Translations under genes and position numbers: made by a program
The notes under the pieces: generated by a model
What the model was told of the DNA's origin: nothing
Databases searched by the model: none
The model's input: only the letters and a program-made list of their open reading frames with translations
Shown here: positions 38,173-51,534 of the stretch, in pieces
Position numbering within the stretch: position 1 is the first letter of the stretch
Layout: the number at the start of each line of letters is the position of its first letter
Source of the DNA: Cenococcum geophilum
Taxonomy: Eukaryota
DNA: 64,000 nucleotides
NCBI GenBank assembly: GCA_050273025.1
Contig: CP158635.1
Location: 18,290,001-18,354,000 of the forward strand
Direction: 5' to 3'

Positions 38173-41100
38173 TGTTGGAATTACAAGGTTATAGGGTCAC
38201 AGCGGAGCTTTCTTGAGGGTCTACTTGATGATAGAGATGACGCAGACGATGAATATTGATTGATTCGTGATGCAGTAGATGCGGTTGATGTCTATCTAGA
38301 TTGCATGCAGAGCTTGACCTCATAAGGTGTCCAGAGCTTAGTCAGCACCTTATCGCTAATTTCTAACACTCCCCCATGCTGACGACGCTCTCCTCGTCTG
38401 TCCCAAATAGGCAATAATAAAGCTATTCCCAAATACCTTGCAAGTGCCATTCGGCCTACGTACAGAGGGAAAACCTAGTAGGCAAAAAACCTCTGTTACC
38501 TGCTCCGTCAGTTACTAATTCCTAGCGTTACACAGTGCTTCGTAAATTGGTCAATTAGTAGCTGCTTTGTAAGCATATCTCCCGGCTGATCTTTACCTGG
38601 TATATATACTACTTTAAGTTGATCTCGCTAAACCATGTCGTTTCGTACGAAGAGGTATTGAATCTTAATATGCTTGGCTTTCTGGTAGTGTCTCGTGTCG
38701 TATGAAAGGTTGACTGTACCCTTATTGTCACAGTAGAGCGTAGGGATAAAAGGGTCGTCGTCGTCTCTCTCCCCTAGATCTCTCGTTAGCTTCTCAAGCT
38801 ATACTGTTGACCTTGCTCCTTCTAATACTGCCATAATCTCTGCTTCTATTAAGCTTAATGCCGTTAACCTCTGTCTTTGAGCCATCTAGATCACCGCTCC
38901 CCTATAGCGTATAACTGCTATACCTTAGAATAATATCCGATCGTGTTCTATTCCCTATATAGCGTCAGTAAAGATACTATAGCTGGTAGGCAGGTTAGTC
39001 AACGTAAGCTTATATAGAGGTAGGTAAATCTCTCAATTTAAGTAGGTAATTCCTATTTCAAGAGTGCCGTTTAGATATCATAGTAGTTGCTTACTTAAGC
39101 AGTAGTGTAATTCTCCTAGTGCTGCTATAAACCTAGCTAGCTAACCAACAGCATAGCTAGTATTAGGACGCGTGTAGTTTAAGAGGTAGATTATAGAGCT
39201 AATAATCTATCGGTATACCGTCGCATTATTATACTTAAGGGGACTTTTAATATCAGGTTTCAGAACAGTATTAGCTGGTATTAGTAGCTTAGCCAGATTA
39301 CAGTTATCCATTTTTAACCGTTTAAGTAGCTTCTTAGTATATATCATCTAATATAGCTTAAGGGTTCGGTTTGTACGGTCTTAATAGATTTAAAAGCCTA
39401 TAAATACTTCTACAAGACCTAGGTCTTTACATCTCCATTCTCTTAAAATTCTTACCTTTATAATATCAAGGTATCTACGCTTTCCTGTAATCAGCATATT
39501 ATTAACAAATAATAAAATATACACTTCATTTCCTATAAAGAGATTAGGGTTAGCGTCAGCTAATATTAAACCTATACTCTTAAAGAACTTCTTAACCATC
39601 TAAAACCATTCTCTTGGTGCCTGCTTTAGGCCGTAAAGTAACTTATTTAGCTTTAAGTAAGCGTCTTTTACCTCCTTAAGGTTAGGCTTAAAGTCTCTCA
39701 ATAGGTTAGGAATCTGCATATAAACCTGCTCTTGTAACGGCGGGTTTAAGAACGCTGTTTTAATATTAACGTGGTTAAGTTTAAGGTCTTCAGCTACTAT
39801 CTTTACCATTAAGAACCTAAAGGTGTCGTATTATACAACAGACGCAAACATCTCAAAATAATCGATATCGGGGGTCTGCTTATCTCCCCAAATATATAGT
39901 CTTACCTTCTTACGAATTACTTCTCCCTTAGCATTATACTTATGCTTTAGTACTAGCTTACTTAGAAGTAACGACCTTCCTTCTAGTACTCTCCCCCTTA
40001 TAATAGTATAGGTATACATTCTCTTCAGGGAGAGAAATTTTTTAAAGATAGCTTTCATCCAGCCAGGAGCGTCCTCCCTTAAGGCCTAATCTAACTCAAT
40101 AGCGTCAAAAGGTGCTGTAGGTGCTCCTATAGAGGTAGTGTTCTCAGCTTCTAGGTAGACAGCTTTTATAGCTATTACTAACTAAACCACTATATCGTTA
40201 AAAACCCTTATATTTAGTAACCTTCTAGACCTTATTTTCTGCGTATAAGGAATGCGTATTAATATGCTTTGTACAGGCGTCCTACCCTTTATATTACCTT
40301 AATTCAAACATCCCGCTTAATCTTAACCTAGGCTTCCCACTTAATTTAAGCGGCCTACTTAGTCTTAACCTAGGCTTCCTACTTAGCTTAAGCGGCCCAC
40401 TTAGTTACCATCTGGCCTACTTTTAGTTCTCGCAACTAGAGTCTCTATTAGCGCGTTTAAGGTAGTAGGGGGAGGTCTAGGTCAGTTTAAAGCTTAGCTT
40501 ATAGCTTATACCTAAGGTGCTCTATAAGGGAACCTATACTTATTTACTTTAGCATCTCTAAAGAGCTTAATTGCTTATATATATAGGTTTATCATTTTAA
40601 ATTAACTACTGCCTTTTAACCCCATAAAAACGTAGTTAGGTCTTATTCTTAAATTATACTTTCTAGGGTGTTTCTTAAGCGTATTAATCAGGTTAGCATA
40701 GCACCTAAAAACAACTAGATTCTTAAAGTTAGGGACTTGACGGGTATATACCTCATAGGGTGTAATAGCACCACTATACTCGTCGTTAAATAGGAGAGCT
40801 AAGGTTAGTACTCAATTCTTAATCCAAATAGCATATTTAACTACGTAGCACCAAAGTTTAACTAGTATATTTCCTTAAAATAGAAGTAACCTTATCTTAT
40901 AGTTAACTATATAGATTACACACTTAATTACACTATTATATAAGTACTTATATAGCGGACAAGGCTTAAAATTAATACCTTAGGGTATTAATTCGTCTTA
41001 AAATCTACGGCCGAATTCCCCCTTTTTATTATCTGCTTAAATCCAGACAGCTCTATTACTAGTAAATCTCTCTACTCTTACGATAATCTCTTTAATATAT

Positions 41101-43090
41101 AGCAGTACTTCTTTAGTTTAGAGGGTTTTAAGAGGAATAACCTAGGTATAGCGTGTGGCGTTATTTAGGGCTAGGAGGTAGTAGTTATAACCTCTAATTA
41201 ATATACTAATTCATCCCGTAGTATTAAGGTGTAGCCCTTAATTAGGTACCTTCTCACGCCTAGTCATCTTCTTACTTAGTATTTCTCGCATCTTCCCTAC
41301 TAGGCAAGCTTCGCATATACTCTTACTAATTAGTACTACTCTCTTCTTAAGCCTTATACCTAGTAAGGAATGCTATAGCTTAAACAGGTCGCTATAATTT
41401 ATATATCCAGTTCGGCGGTGCTATAGCTTAGCATCTGTTTTACTAACGTTTAGTTATAAATTATATACTTTTACTATTGTATTAAATGCTTCCTAATACT
41501 CTTATAGTACATAGAGGTTATTTCTTATAATAGCCTTAAATATTACACCTAATCTATACTTGCTAGTAGCTTAATCGTCCATATTAAAAGTAATTAAGTA
41601 GCCTTCCTAAGTAAGAGTCCTTACTAAGATCAGCTTAATTGTCTTAAACGAAGGTATAAGCCAGACGTCTTTTAGCTTTAGGGTACCGATTTAAACTTAA
41701 CCATAGCCTATAGTAGGTACAATAGTCCCATTCGCAGTACGGACCTATTATGGCATATTCCATCTCTTTAAGTATATTAGGTCTAATTGGTTACTAGTAA
41801 AATACTTAGTTGCTCCTAAGTCAAGAGCCTAAGCTAAAGACATCGTTATAAGTATAGCACGTTTAGGGTCAGGGTTAAGGTAGATCAAATCGCTATTAAA
41901 TTCTTCCTCAGCTATTGCTATATTCCCTACTTCCTCTACCTTAGAAGTACCTTAATCTATCTTCTTAGCATTATTAAGTTGGAATTATCTAAGCAGGGGA
42001 TAGTCCTTTTAGTAGTGACCTTTCTAATAACATATTCTATACTCGTCTCTTTCTAGTTGTCTTAGCTCTTTACTTACTTAAGATAACAAGCTATGGCGAT
42101 TACGTAAGGAATGGTTAAATCTACCAGTACGACCTCTGCCCCTTATTCGACCTTAACCTTAGTTTCCCCTTCTCCCCCTAGGTTCGTCTTTCCTCTTATA
42201 TACGAGTGCAGCAGTCTATATAGGGAAAGCAGTCTCTTGCTCCTAAAGAAGGGTAATACAGCTCTTAAGGTCTTGTTTGTCTTGTAGGCACTAGGTCTTC
42301 GTATTCTACCACGTAACATCGCTTAGTAGGGCTAGAAGGAGTTGTTCTTTAATATCGTTGTTAGTTAGTGCTTAAGATGTTAAGGCTAGATTAATCTTAA
42401 ATCGATTCAGTATAGTCAGGAACTTAATAATTCGCATCTTTATAGGGTTGAATATAGTGCTATAGAACTCTCTGCGAAGTCTAGAGATATAGACCTTGTC
42501 ATTAGCCTTATTAAACTTCTTTATTCCTTCCCACATTTCTTAAATATTATACGCCTTTATTATTATACGCATCTCTTCCTAACGGTCGTCTCCTATTAAA
42601 TTATAAATGATCTTATTTGCTTCCCCTCGTCTTCTTCTCCTATTAGCTGAATTAACTCAAGCTGGGTCTTCTATACCGGTGACGAAATCCCATCCTTCTG
42701 CCATAATTAGGGCTGCCTCGCAGGTGCGCTCCCAGTCTGCAAAGTTATCTCCATTAAAAATGACAATTTTGCCTACCTTGTGATCGTACGTAGGTGTTGT
42801 TGAGGTTGAGGTAGAGGAGGTCATTTTTAGGGGTCGATTTTTGAGTTAGGAGGTATTGCTACCCAGGAGAGATTTGCTACCCGGGCTCATAACCTGTTAG
42901 AATTACAAGGTTATAGGGTCACAGCGGAGCTTTCTTGAGGGTCTACTTGATGATAGAGATGACGCAGACGATGAATATTGATTGATTCGTGATGCAGTAG
43001 ATGCGGTTGATGTCTATCTAGATTGCATGCAGAGCTTGACCTCGCAAGGTGTCCAGAGCTTAGTCAGCACCTCATCGCTAATTTCTGACA
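38173..43090 (-). mobile_element. Element G: full-length Ty1/Copia LTR retrotransposon (4918 bp)
   Basis: 196-bp LTRs at 38173-38368 and 42895-43090 with 5 transition differences. TSD AGCTA. PBS GGTTATGAGCCC. PPT GGGGGAG. The empty site is visible in B2 at ~49541. Confidence 0.96.
38508..42824 (-). pseudogene. pol: Copia gag-pol of element G (RIP stops)
   Basis: Starts MTSSTSTSTTPTYDHKVGKIVIFNGDNFADW. Motifs LDLGAT (protease), RRTGY (pre-integrase), LYGLKQAPREW, FVNN(=VDD), GDMLTK. Start and stop are in frame (4317 nt). Confidence 0.9.
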
Positions 43091-43599
43091 AGCTAAGCTA
43101 ACATCTTATAGCAGGTCGTCGCAACTAACGCGTCTTAACGCATTACGATTAAGAAAGTAAATAAGAAAAGGAGCTTTAGGAAATACTATAACTAAGCAGA
43201 CAAATAGAAATCTTCTATACGGCCATTACCTACATTCCCTCCCCCACCTTAGAACTTAACTATCCCCTAGTTAAACATCCTACACCTACGGCGAAGCCTA
43301 CTACGGAGCCTACTACAGAGCCTATTACTTAAGCGTCCGTCTCCAAAACCATCTCTAAGGATTAGACGATTCATTCTTTTTCCTAGCTTTAGCTGTCTTA
43401 TCTATAGGCTATAACCTAATCTAGATGTAATCTCCTAGTTATACATTCCTCTCCTATAGCTGTGCCTGCTGCTGCTTAACGGTTGTCCTAGTTATACGGC
43501 TGTCTCTAAGGGTTAAGCAAGTCTGCGGATATTGCTAGCTAGGCGTTACTAAGTCCATAGGCCGTACTTAATAGCAGTCCTCCTAGTTCGTCTATATTT

Positions 43600-45050
43600 C
43601 GTTATTATTCTATAGTACTACTCTATTATAGAAAGCTGGTTGCTACATCTGTTCTTTCCTTAGTTTATCTAGGTTAATTCCTTAGTATATACAAAGCTAT
43701 TCCTTAATACCCTCTAGCCGTGCTTTATTACCGAGCCACGGAAGTACTAGTCTAGGTCAATCGCGCGTCCCTACTACTAGCCTTTCTTAATTAAACAGAT
43801 ATACAAGTCCTTGCTAGATAAGATCCTTAAGCCCTTAGCATTTATACTTAGTGAAATAGTGTTTGCCTCCGCATCCAAAACAGGTCTACGGGCCTTGTCC
43901 TTACGGGCCTTGCTAACCCTATATATCCTACTATAGCCGTCTAAAGGTAGTAGAATCTTATAGATATTAAGAGCTTTACGGATATTAAGAACCTTATAGA
44001 GGTTAAGAGTCTTACAAATATTAGGTGCTATTCCGCTAGTCTTTATATCCTAGTGCTGGGCTATATCCTTATACTAGGCCTTAAGCTAGGCCTTAAGCTA
44101 GGCCTTAAGCTAGGCCTTAAGCTGCAGCCTAATTTAATAGCGTTGTAAGCTCCTTTAGGTCTATCTATATTTAATTAAAAAACGGTATCAATTGTGCAGC
44201 TACCGCAAGCTCCGTCTTAGTCGGTTTTAGACCCCTTAGCTAGCTTACCATTTCGTCCATTTTCTGGTCTACGGTAGGGGGTAACTACTACTATATTAGG
44301 GCTCCTCCGTATATACCTAGTCTTTGCCGCCGTAGCTCTTATATAAGCTAGATATTTAGGACATCTTCTTCCAGAAGGACATCCATTCGCTTAGCGCCCT
44401 CTATAGCCACTATTCTTAACTCTACGGCCTCCTTTAGTCTTTCAAATATAAGGGTTCTAGGCTCGTCTGCTACGGCCCCTGTCTTTTCTATTACGTGCCT
44501 ATAGAATTTAATAGGGAGACCTTACATAAACCACCGCCCCTTCTCTTGCTTAGTAAGGTTTCCTACGGCTACCGCTTTAGCTAAAAAGATAGTAAAGTCC
44601 TACACATAGTGATGTAATTCGCCTGGCTGCTTCGCTAACTTTCTAACAAATGCTTCCACAAAGTCTCTTATCTCTATACGTCAGTAGTAGTCCTTAGCTT
44701 AATATTCGGCTTAAAGTTTAGTTACTAGTCGGCTCCAGTCGTCCTATTTAAATTCCGGCATCATCTAAATAGCTTCCGCGTATAAGCCTTCGTAATAGTT
44801 AGGGAGACACGCGAGCCTACGATCTTCGCCTACGTAGTACCTTTAATATATGCCCTCGTAGTCCTTAATAAACCTAGAGATATTCTTTCCGTTAAACTGT
44901 GGAACTCCCTACCTAAAAGGATCTGGTATTGCTACCGTTAGAATAAATACGTAGTGTACTTCCCTTGCTGCCTAAATAGGTAACTACTGCGGTTGGTCTG
45001 CTTGTATAGCTATCTAAGGTAAGAGTATCCCAGATAGCTGTCTTAGTGGT
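43600..45050 (-). pseudogene. gag: gag of B1
   Basis: GVPQFNGKNISRFIKDYE, GRWFM*GLP, and zinc knuckle CFGCGGKH....C at ~43840-43885. Boundaries approximate. Confidence 0.75.
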
Positions 45051-46152
45051 ACTTTAGTACGTGTATGCTACGGCTAGTCCACTTATATATCTATATCCCT
45101 AACGGAAGGCACCTACTTCTTAACGCCTAAGGGGGGGTCTCCCTAAGAAAGTATAGAGTCTTCATTATCTATAGCCGCTGGGCCTTAATACGTCCGTCTG
45201 TTTTAGCCTACTATTATTCCACGCGGTAGGGTACTGCTACGCCTTAGGCTTCCGCTTGCATCTGCTCCTTTATAAAACGCCTCTAGAGCCGCCGCTAATA
45301 TAATCCGGATAACTTAAAAGAAGATAAAGCTAAGCCAGAATAGGAAGCTTTTAAGGACAGATCCGATCTCGTGTGCTTGCGACCTTACTTAGTATTGTCT
45401 CTGTTCTTAAAGGACAGTACTAACTTCCTCTGTCGCCAGATGTCTTAGATCTCATTTCTATCTAATTAATTGGCCCTTAGCTACCTGTCGTCTCTATATC
45501 TTTAACAAAGCTCTAGCTATGTCCGTGCGCAGGTAGAAGAAATATTAGCCGCTGTTAAAGTTGTCTAATTGGCTCACTGGTTCACCTAACGTCCTTACTC
45601 ATAACTTTCCAAGACACTCTTTTGCCACTCTTTAGCCTATACGTCGAGTCTAATGTCTATCTTTTTCGCTATCTTTCTATTTAGGGACTACCTAATTCCC
45701 CTTGCTATCCGATACTGCCTAGTTCTCTACTTTCGTCTCGTCTATCTAGCTGGTCGTTCTTCTATAGCTGTCCGTTCCTTTACAGCTAGTTGTTCTTCTA
45801 TAGTCGTAGTATATTCCTACATATCTTCTATATATAGAGTTGTGTATAGAATACCAGACTTCTAATCTAAAGAGCTTGCCGTCGTCCCTATATGGAATGC
45901 CATAAAATATATAGGAGGGTACGACCACTCTTAGATAGGAAAGTCATAGTGCCGTCTATCTGTCTGTCGGTCGGTCAGTTAGTTAGTCAATCGTCAGTCG
46001 TAATCAATCAGTAGGAAAGCAGTTAGTAAGAAGAAAGGAAAGAATGTATTCCGGTAGGTTGTGATAGAGAGAAAAAGAGAAGCCAAAGGCTCGATATATA
46101 TAGGAAAATGCCAAGGCACTAAGCAGTGGCCCATTTTACCCCACTACACTAG

Positions 46153-46490
46153 GAAGGTTACTAAGGAGTATTTAAATTATTAAAGAAATAAGCTAATAAG
46201 GTATAAGCTATATAGAGGGCTATAACCTATTAAAATACTAGAGAGATTATAGGAGGTTATATTATAGGACTTTATTATTAAGTTACTAAAATTAAGAGAC
46301 CTTATTACTGGATAAGATCATGACGTGATTTTAGTAATAGTAGATAAGCTTATAAAGTGGGGATACTTTATAGTATGCACGGAAGAAATCTTAGCGGAAG
46401 ATGTTGCTAAAATCTATATTAAGGAAGTGTTTATAAGATATAGAGCACTAAGTAAAATTATATTGGATAGAGATCTAAGATTCGTAGTAG
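46153..46490 (+). pseudogene. pol: pol part 2 of element A (integrase core)
   Basis: DFIIKLLK, ILVIVDKLIKWGYF, I.LDRDLRF. Confidence 0.88.
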
Positions 46491-49400
46491 TATAGGAGGG
46501 TACGACCACTCTTAGATGGGAAAGTCACAGTGCCGTCTATCTGTCGGTTGGTCGGTTGGTCGGTTAGTCGGTCAGTTAGTCAGTCGTTAGTCGTAATTAA
46601 TTAGTAGGAAAGCAGTTAGTAAGAAGAAAGGAAAGAATGTATTCCCGGTAGGTTGTAATAGAGAGAAGGAGAGAAGCTAAAGGCTCGATATATACAGGAA
46701 AATGCTAAGGCACTAAGTAGTGGCCCATTTTACCCCACTACATACCTCCCCTATTAAGAACGTTGTCCCCTAACGTTCTATACTATAGAAGAATAGCAAA
46801 AGTAAAATAGAAAAAGGAAAGTATATCCTTAAAAGAATACAGGTAACCTTATCCTTAGCCTTTCTATAGAACTATCCTATAGTGTCCTTTTTACTAGCGG
46901 TAACTAAAATAGCCGTAAACCAGAAATGATAATAGCAGTAGCAGCAGTAATAGTAACGGTAGTAGTAATAGTAAAAGGTAGATAGTTAACACAGTAAGAT
47001 AAAGCAAAACGGTTAGTAATAGAACAGTCGGTAAAAGAACTTAGTTTATATAGTAAGTAATAGGACATCTAGCAGCAGAACTTTTAGTAGCAGAAATCTT
47101 AGTAGTAGGACGGCCAGTAGCAGTTAGTTAGTAGTAGTTAGTTAGCGGCAGTCGGTCAGAATAGTAGCGGTAAAATAGTTGTATCGGTGGAATAAAACGG
47201 TGAAACAGTAGCAGTAGAATAGCTAGTTAGAACAATAGTAGTAGTAGCAATAGTAGTAGAATAGTCGGTTGGCGGCGGTCGGTTAGAGTAGCGGTTGGTG
47301 GAAACTAGAACGGAACAGGTTAGTTAGAATAATTGGGCGTTATAGCAGATCTAGTAGATCTAGCAGTAAAATAGATCTAGTAATGGTATAGATCTAGAAT
47401 AGTAGAGATAGAGCAATTGGTTAAGATAGTAGGGATAAAACAGTTGGATGGAATAGTAGCAGCGGCGGTGGTAATAGGGTAGTTAATTAAGACGGTAGAG
47501 GCTATAACCCGACTTAATTGTTTGGCTGCCGTTTAATATTAAAACTCTATATTTAGCTCTATATTAGTCTGCATCTAGCTATACATCTAGTTGTGCATTA
47601 ATAGCTCTGTATTGTATACCCTGCGCCTATATCTGCGTCTGCGTATATACGTGTATGGCTGCCTTAACTGCTAGCCGAAGACTATCTAATTGGTTGGCGA
47701 CGATATGCTATAACTAATCGTTCGGTTGTTCGATTAAGATAGAAAGTTGGCCCAATTGAAGGCTCTGACTATTCTAACTTGTATGCGGAGACGGCGTTTA
47801 AACTAATTAAGATTTAATAAGGCCCTGGCTTAACTTAAGGTATCCTCTGCTGTATATAAAGCTCTATATCCGTAGGCAGCCGATTAAAGCTTCTATATAG
47901 ACGTCTGGTCGGTTAAGGCTTCGCATCTACCGTTTAATTAAGGCTTTGCATATATAGGCGTCTAGTTAAGCTACCGTACTGTTATCCAATTAAGGCTCTG
48001 TACCTATATACTTACTATTTATAGACTCTGCGTATAACTCCGTGTAAGACTCTGTGTAAAGCTCTATATCTATATCTATAGGAAAGATCGTTCTAGGTAA
48101 CTAATCCGTGGGTGTTAAGATAGGCGGCAATTGATCTATAAGGGGAGGGGTAGTTAAGGGAAGAGGCTCTTATAAAGGCTCTAAAACGTTAATTAACCGT
48201 GTTTCTAACGTTCTTTTAGCCATATACTGGTTTCTTAATTAATCTAACTTGACTGCGGAGACGGCGTCCGATTGATTAAGATTTAACTAAGGCTCTAGCT
48301 TAACTTAAGGCATCCTCTACTGCACGATTAATTAAGGCTTCGCATCCGTAGGTTCCGCATTCGTAGATAATTAATTAAGACTCTAGCTGCGTAGTTGTTC
48401 TGTTAACGCTTCTATATCTATATAGTCGATTAAGGCTCCGTATCGTATAATTAGGGCTCTTAGTGTTTACTAGATGTCTAATCCAGAGGCCTGTCTTAAG
48501 ACTTCCTTCTTTGCGAGCACTAACGGTAGCTTTCTCTAAACCACTATAATAGGCCTAGTGCTTTTTTGGGATGTCCTTAATAGCTGCTTCCTTCTCTTTC
48601 TAGGCCGTCTTTATACTTAGCTTCCTTAGTATATCCTTAGGCTTTTGCGGCTGCTTCTTTGTTCCCGCTGCTAGCAGTACACTTGCGTATCCTTAATCTT
48701 CTTCCAGCTTAAGAACCCTCTTAAGATTGTCTTCTGCTTTTAGTCTCTTTATTACTATCCTACTAACTTTATACTTTATTTAAGTCGTCCTTCAAAACCA
48801 TCCGGTGGCAGCTTCTCGGCTATTATAACTACCTTTGTTGTATATCCCTTGGCCTTATATCTATAATGCAGCCCTTTATTAGACAACCTCTAAGGAAAAG
48901 CGCTGGTTCCTGTACGTCTAATTCCTATTCCCTTTATAATCCCTAATAAGGTCCTTTACTAGCTTAGCCAGATACGGCTCGGTCCTATCTTTAGTCGCAT
49001 GAAGATGGCTTAGGCACGCGGTGCTTTGTTACTAATATCGTGCTACTGCCTTTGTATAAGTCCCTTTCTTGTTACGGTGTCCGTTCTCGTCTTATAGCTG
49101 GCGCAGTACTGAATTTAGATAGAGGTTGCGAAGCTATAATTAGCTGTCGTTTAAATAAGGAATAAAGTCGGCCTGGTTAAAGGCTCTAATTTAACGATAT
49201 TTAACTGATTTAATTTAGGGACAAGACGTGCTAATATTAAGGCTCTGGCTTGGTTCTTTAGCTGGCCGTAGGTCTGCATCTATATACGGCTGATTATGGC
49301 TTCTATATAGTTGTTTGATTAATGCTTTATATATAGCTCTACGTCTAGCTTTATATTATACGACCGGCTTTATATCTATGCAATTAATTAAGGCTCTTGG

Positions 49401-51534
49401 TGCCGTTCTTATTGTATAGCTAGTATATTACCAAATTCTAGGGGCGGTATAGAGTTCTGCCGGCTTTACTGCTGAATAAACTAATTAGGATTTTCCGTGC
49501 CCGGTATAGAAAATCGCTATTAGCTTAGTAATAGGCGGTAAGCTAAACTAATATCTCTGCAGTAGGTTATCTTAATTAACGCGTTAACGCGTTGTAATTA
49601 GGAAAGTAAATAAGAAAGGAGCTTTAGGAAATACTGTAATTAAGCAGATAAATAAAAATCTTTTATACGTTACCTACGTCCCCTCCCCCACCTTAGAACT
49701 TAACTGTCCCCTAGTTAAATATCCTACCCCTCGGTAGAGCCTGTTGCGGAGCTTACTATAACACCTGCTACAGAGCCTACTGCGGAGCTTACTGGTTAAG
49801 CGTCTGTCTCCAATGACCGTCTCTAAGGGTTGGACGATTCTAATAGTAGTCCTCCCTAGCTTTAGCTGTTTTCTTTATAGGCTGTAACCTAATCTATATA
49901 TAATCTCCTAGTTGTATATTATTCTCCTACAGCTTAGTAGCTGTCCTACTGTCTCTAAAGATTATGCGATTTTAATAGTAGTCCCCCTAGTTTATACTTT
50001 TCTTATTACTAATCTTTAGCGCTACTCCGTTATAGAAGGCCCGCTATTACGTCTATTCTTTCCTTGGTCTGTTTAGGTCTGTCCCTTAATATATATAAAG
50101 CTAGTCCTTAATACCCTTTAGTCGTCCTTTATTACCAAGCCATGGAAGTATAGGTTTAGGCCGCTCGCGTATTTTAGCTACTAGTCTTTCTTAATTAGAC
50201 AGATATATAAGTCCTTGCTAAATAAGATCCCTAAGCCCTTAGCATTTATACTTAGTGAAACGGTAACTCCCTCCGTATCTAAAACAGGTCTATTAGCCTT
50301 GTCCTCGCGTGCCTTGCTAACCCTATACGTCCTACTACAATTGTCTAAAGGCAGTAGAATCTTGCGGATATTAGAAGTCCTACGGATATTAATAATCCTA
50401 TAGAGGTTAAGAGTCTTACAGGACAAAGGGAGCTTAGGCACTGTTCCGCTAGTCTTTATATCCTAGTGCTAGGCTATATCCTTATGCTAGGTCTTAAACT
50501 ATAGCTTAATCTAATAGCGTTATAAACCTGTCTAGGTTCTTTTAAATTTAGTTAAGGAACGGCATTAACTATATAGCTGCCGTAAGCTCTATCTTGCTTA
50601 ATTTTTAACTTAACTAGCTTGCCATTTCGTCTATCTCCTGGTCTATAGTAGGTAGTAACTGCTACTATATTAGGGCTCCTCTATATATACCTGGTCTTAC
50701 TAGGTCTAGAAGTCTTCCTTCTCTCCTATAGTTAAGCTCCTTAAGTTCTAGGTCCGTTTCCTAGCTAGCTTAACGGGCGTTAGCTATCTTATTTGGCTAA
50801 AAGATCGTAGGTAGTTAAAGGGTAGTATCTTTACTTATAACTATCTGCTAATTATAAAACTACTTAACTAGCTAATAAAGGCCCTAATCCTTGGGGTCTA
50901 TTTTTAATAGACGATCTGCGCCCTTATATAAACTAAGTTTGTCCTTTATAGCTTTTTACAGCTAATAAAAGTCAAAGGACGTTTGTCTATCTAGGTTAGC
51001 TCCCGTTTTAGCTATGGCGTATCTTTAATATTTAAGCGGAAGTCCTTTTATAAACCAGTATCCTTGCTAACCGTTATCTAAATTACCAGCTTTATGTTAC
51101 GGGACGGGGCAGTGGCTACAAGACGTATGTATTCGAGGAGTCTACAAGACGTTGCGCGATCGATCGTAAGGGTCGAGGGCGTAAGGAGGTGATATACCTA
51201 CGCGTAGCTGATATAAGCTATACGCGAGGTGTACGCGAGAGCACGGGGCTCTCCTATGGAGGCCCCTACAGTAAGGTTCCGTAACACTACCCCCCCTCCT
51301 ATAGAGGCGGAGCTCCGGCGACGCTGTGGTTACTATATACATATAGAAGGGACACTTAGGGTATAGAAAAGAAGAAAAGGGGGGTATTACTAAAGGCTTA
51401 AAACAACATCATATAATAAGGCTTGGCATCTAAGAATTTAACCAATTAAACAACTTCGACCGCCGGTCGAAGTTCCTAGACATCTCAACAATATTCCAGT
51501 TACGTAATCGCACTTTACCGCAATCTAACGGCAA

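Larger units (their letters stand above)
35715..46148 (-). mobile_element. Element B1: gag-only (pol-less) gypsy-like LTR element
   Basis: LTRs at 35715-35957 and 45910-46148. 4-bp TSD CTAG; its removal restores the A integrase frame. PPT next to 35958 on the minus strand. No RT/IN motifs seen outside the nested Copia element. Confidence 0.88.
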
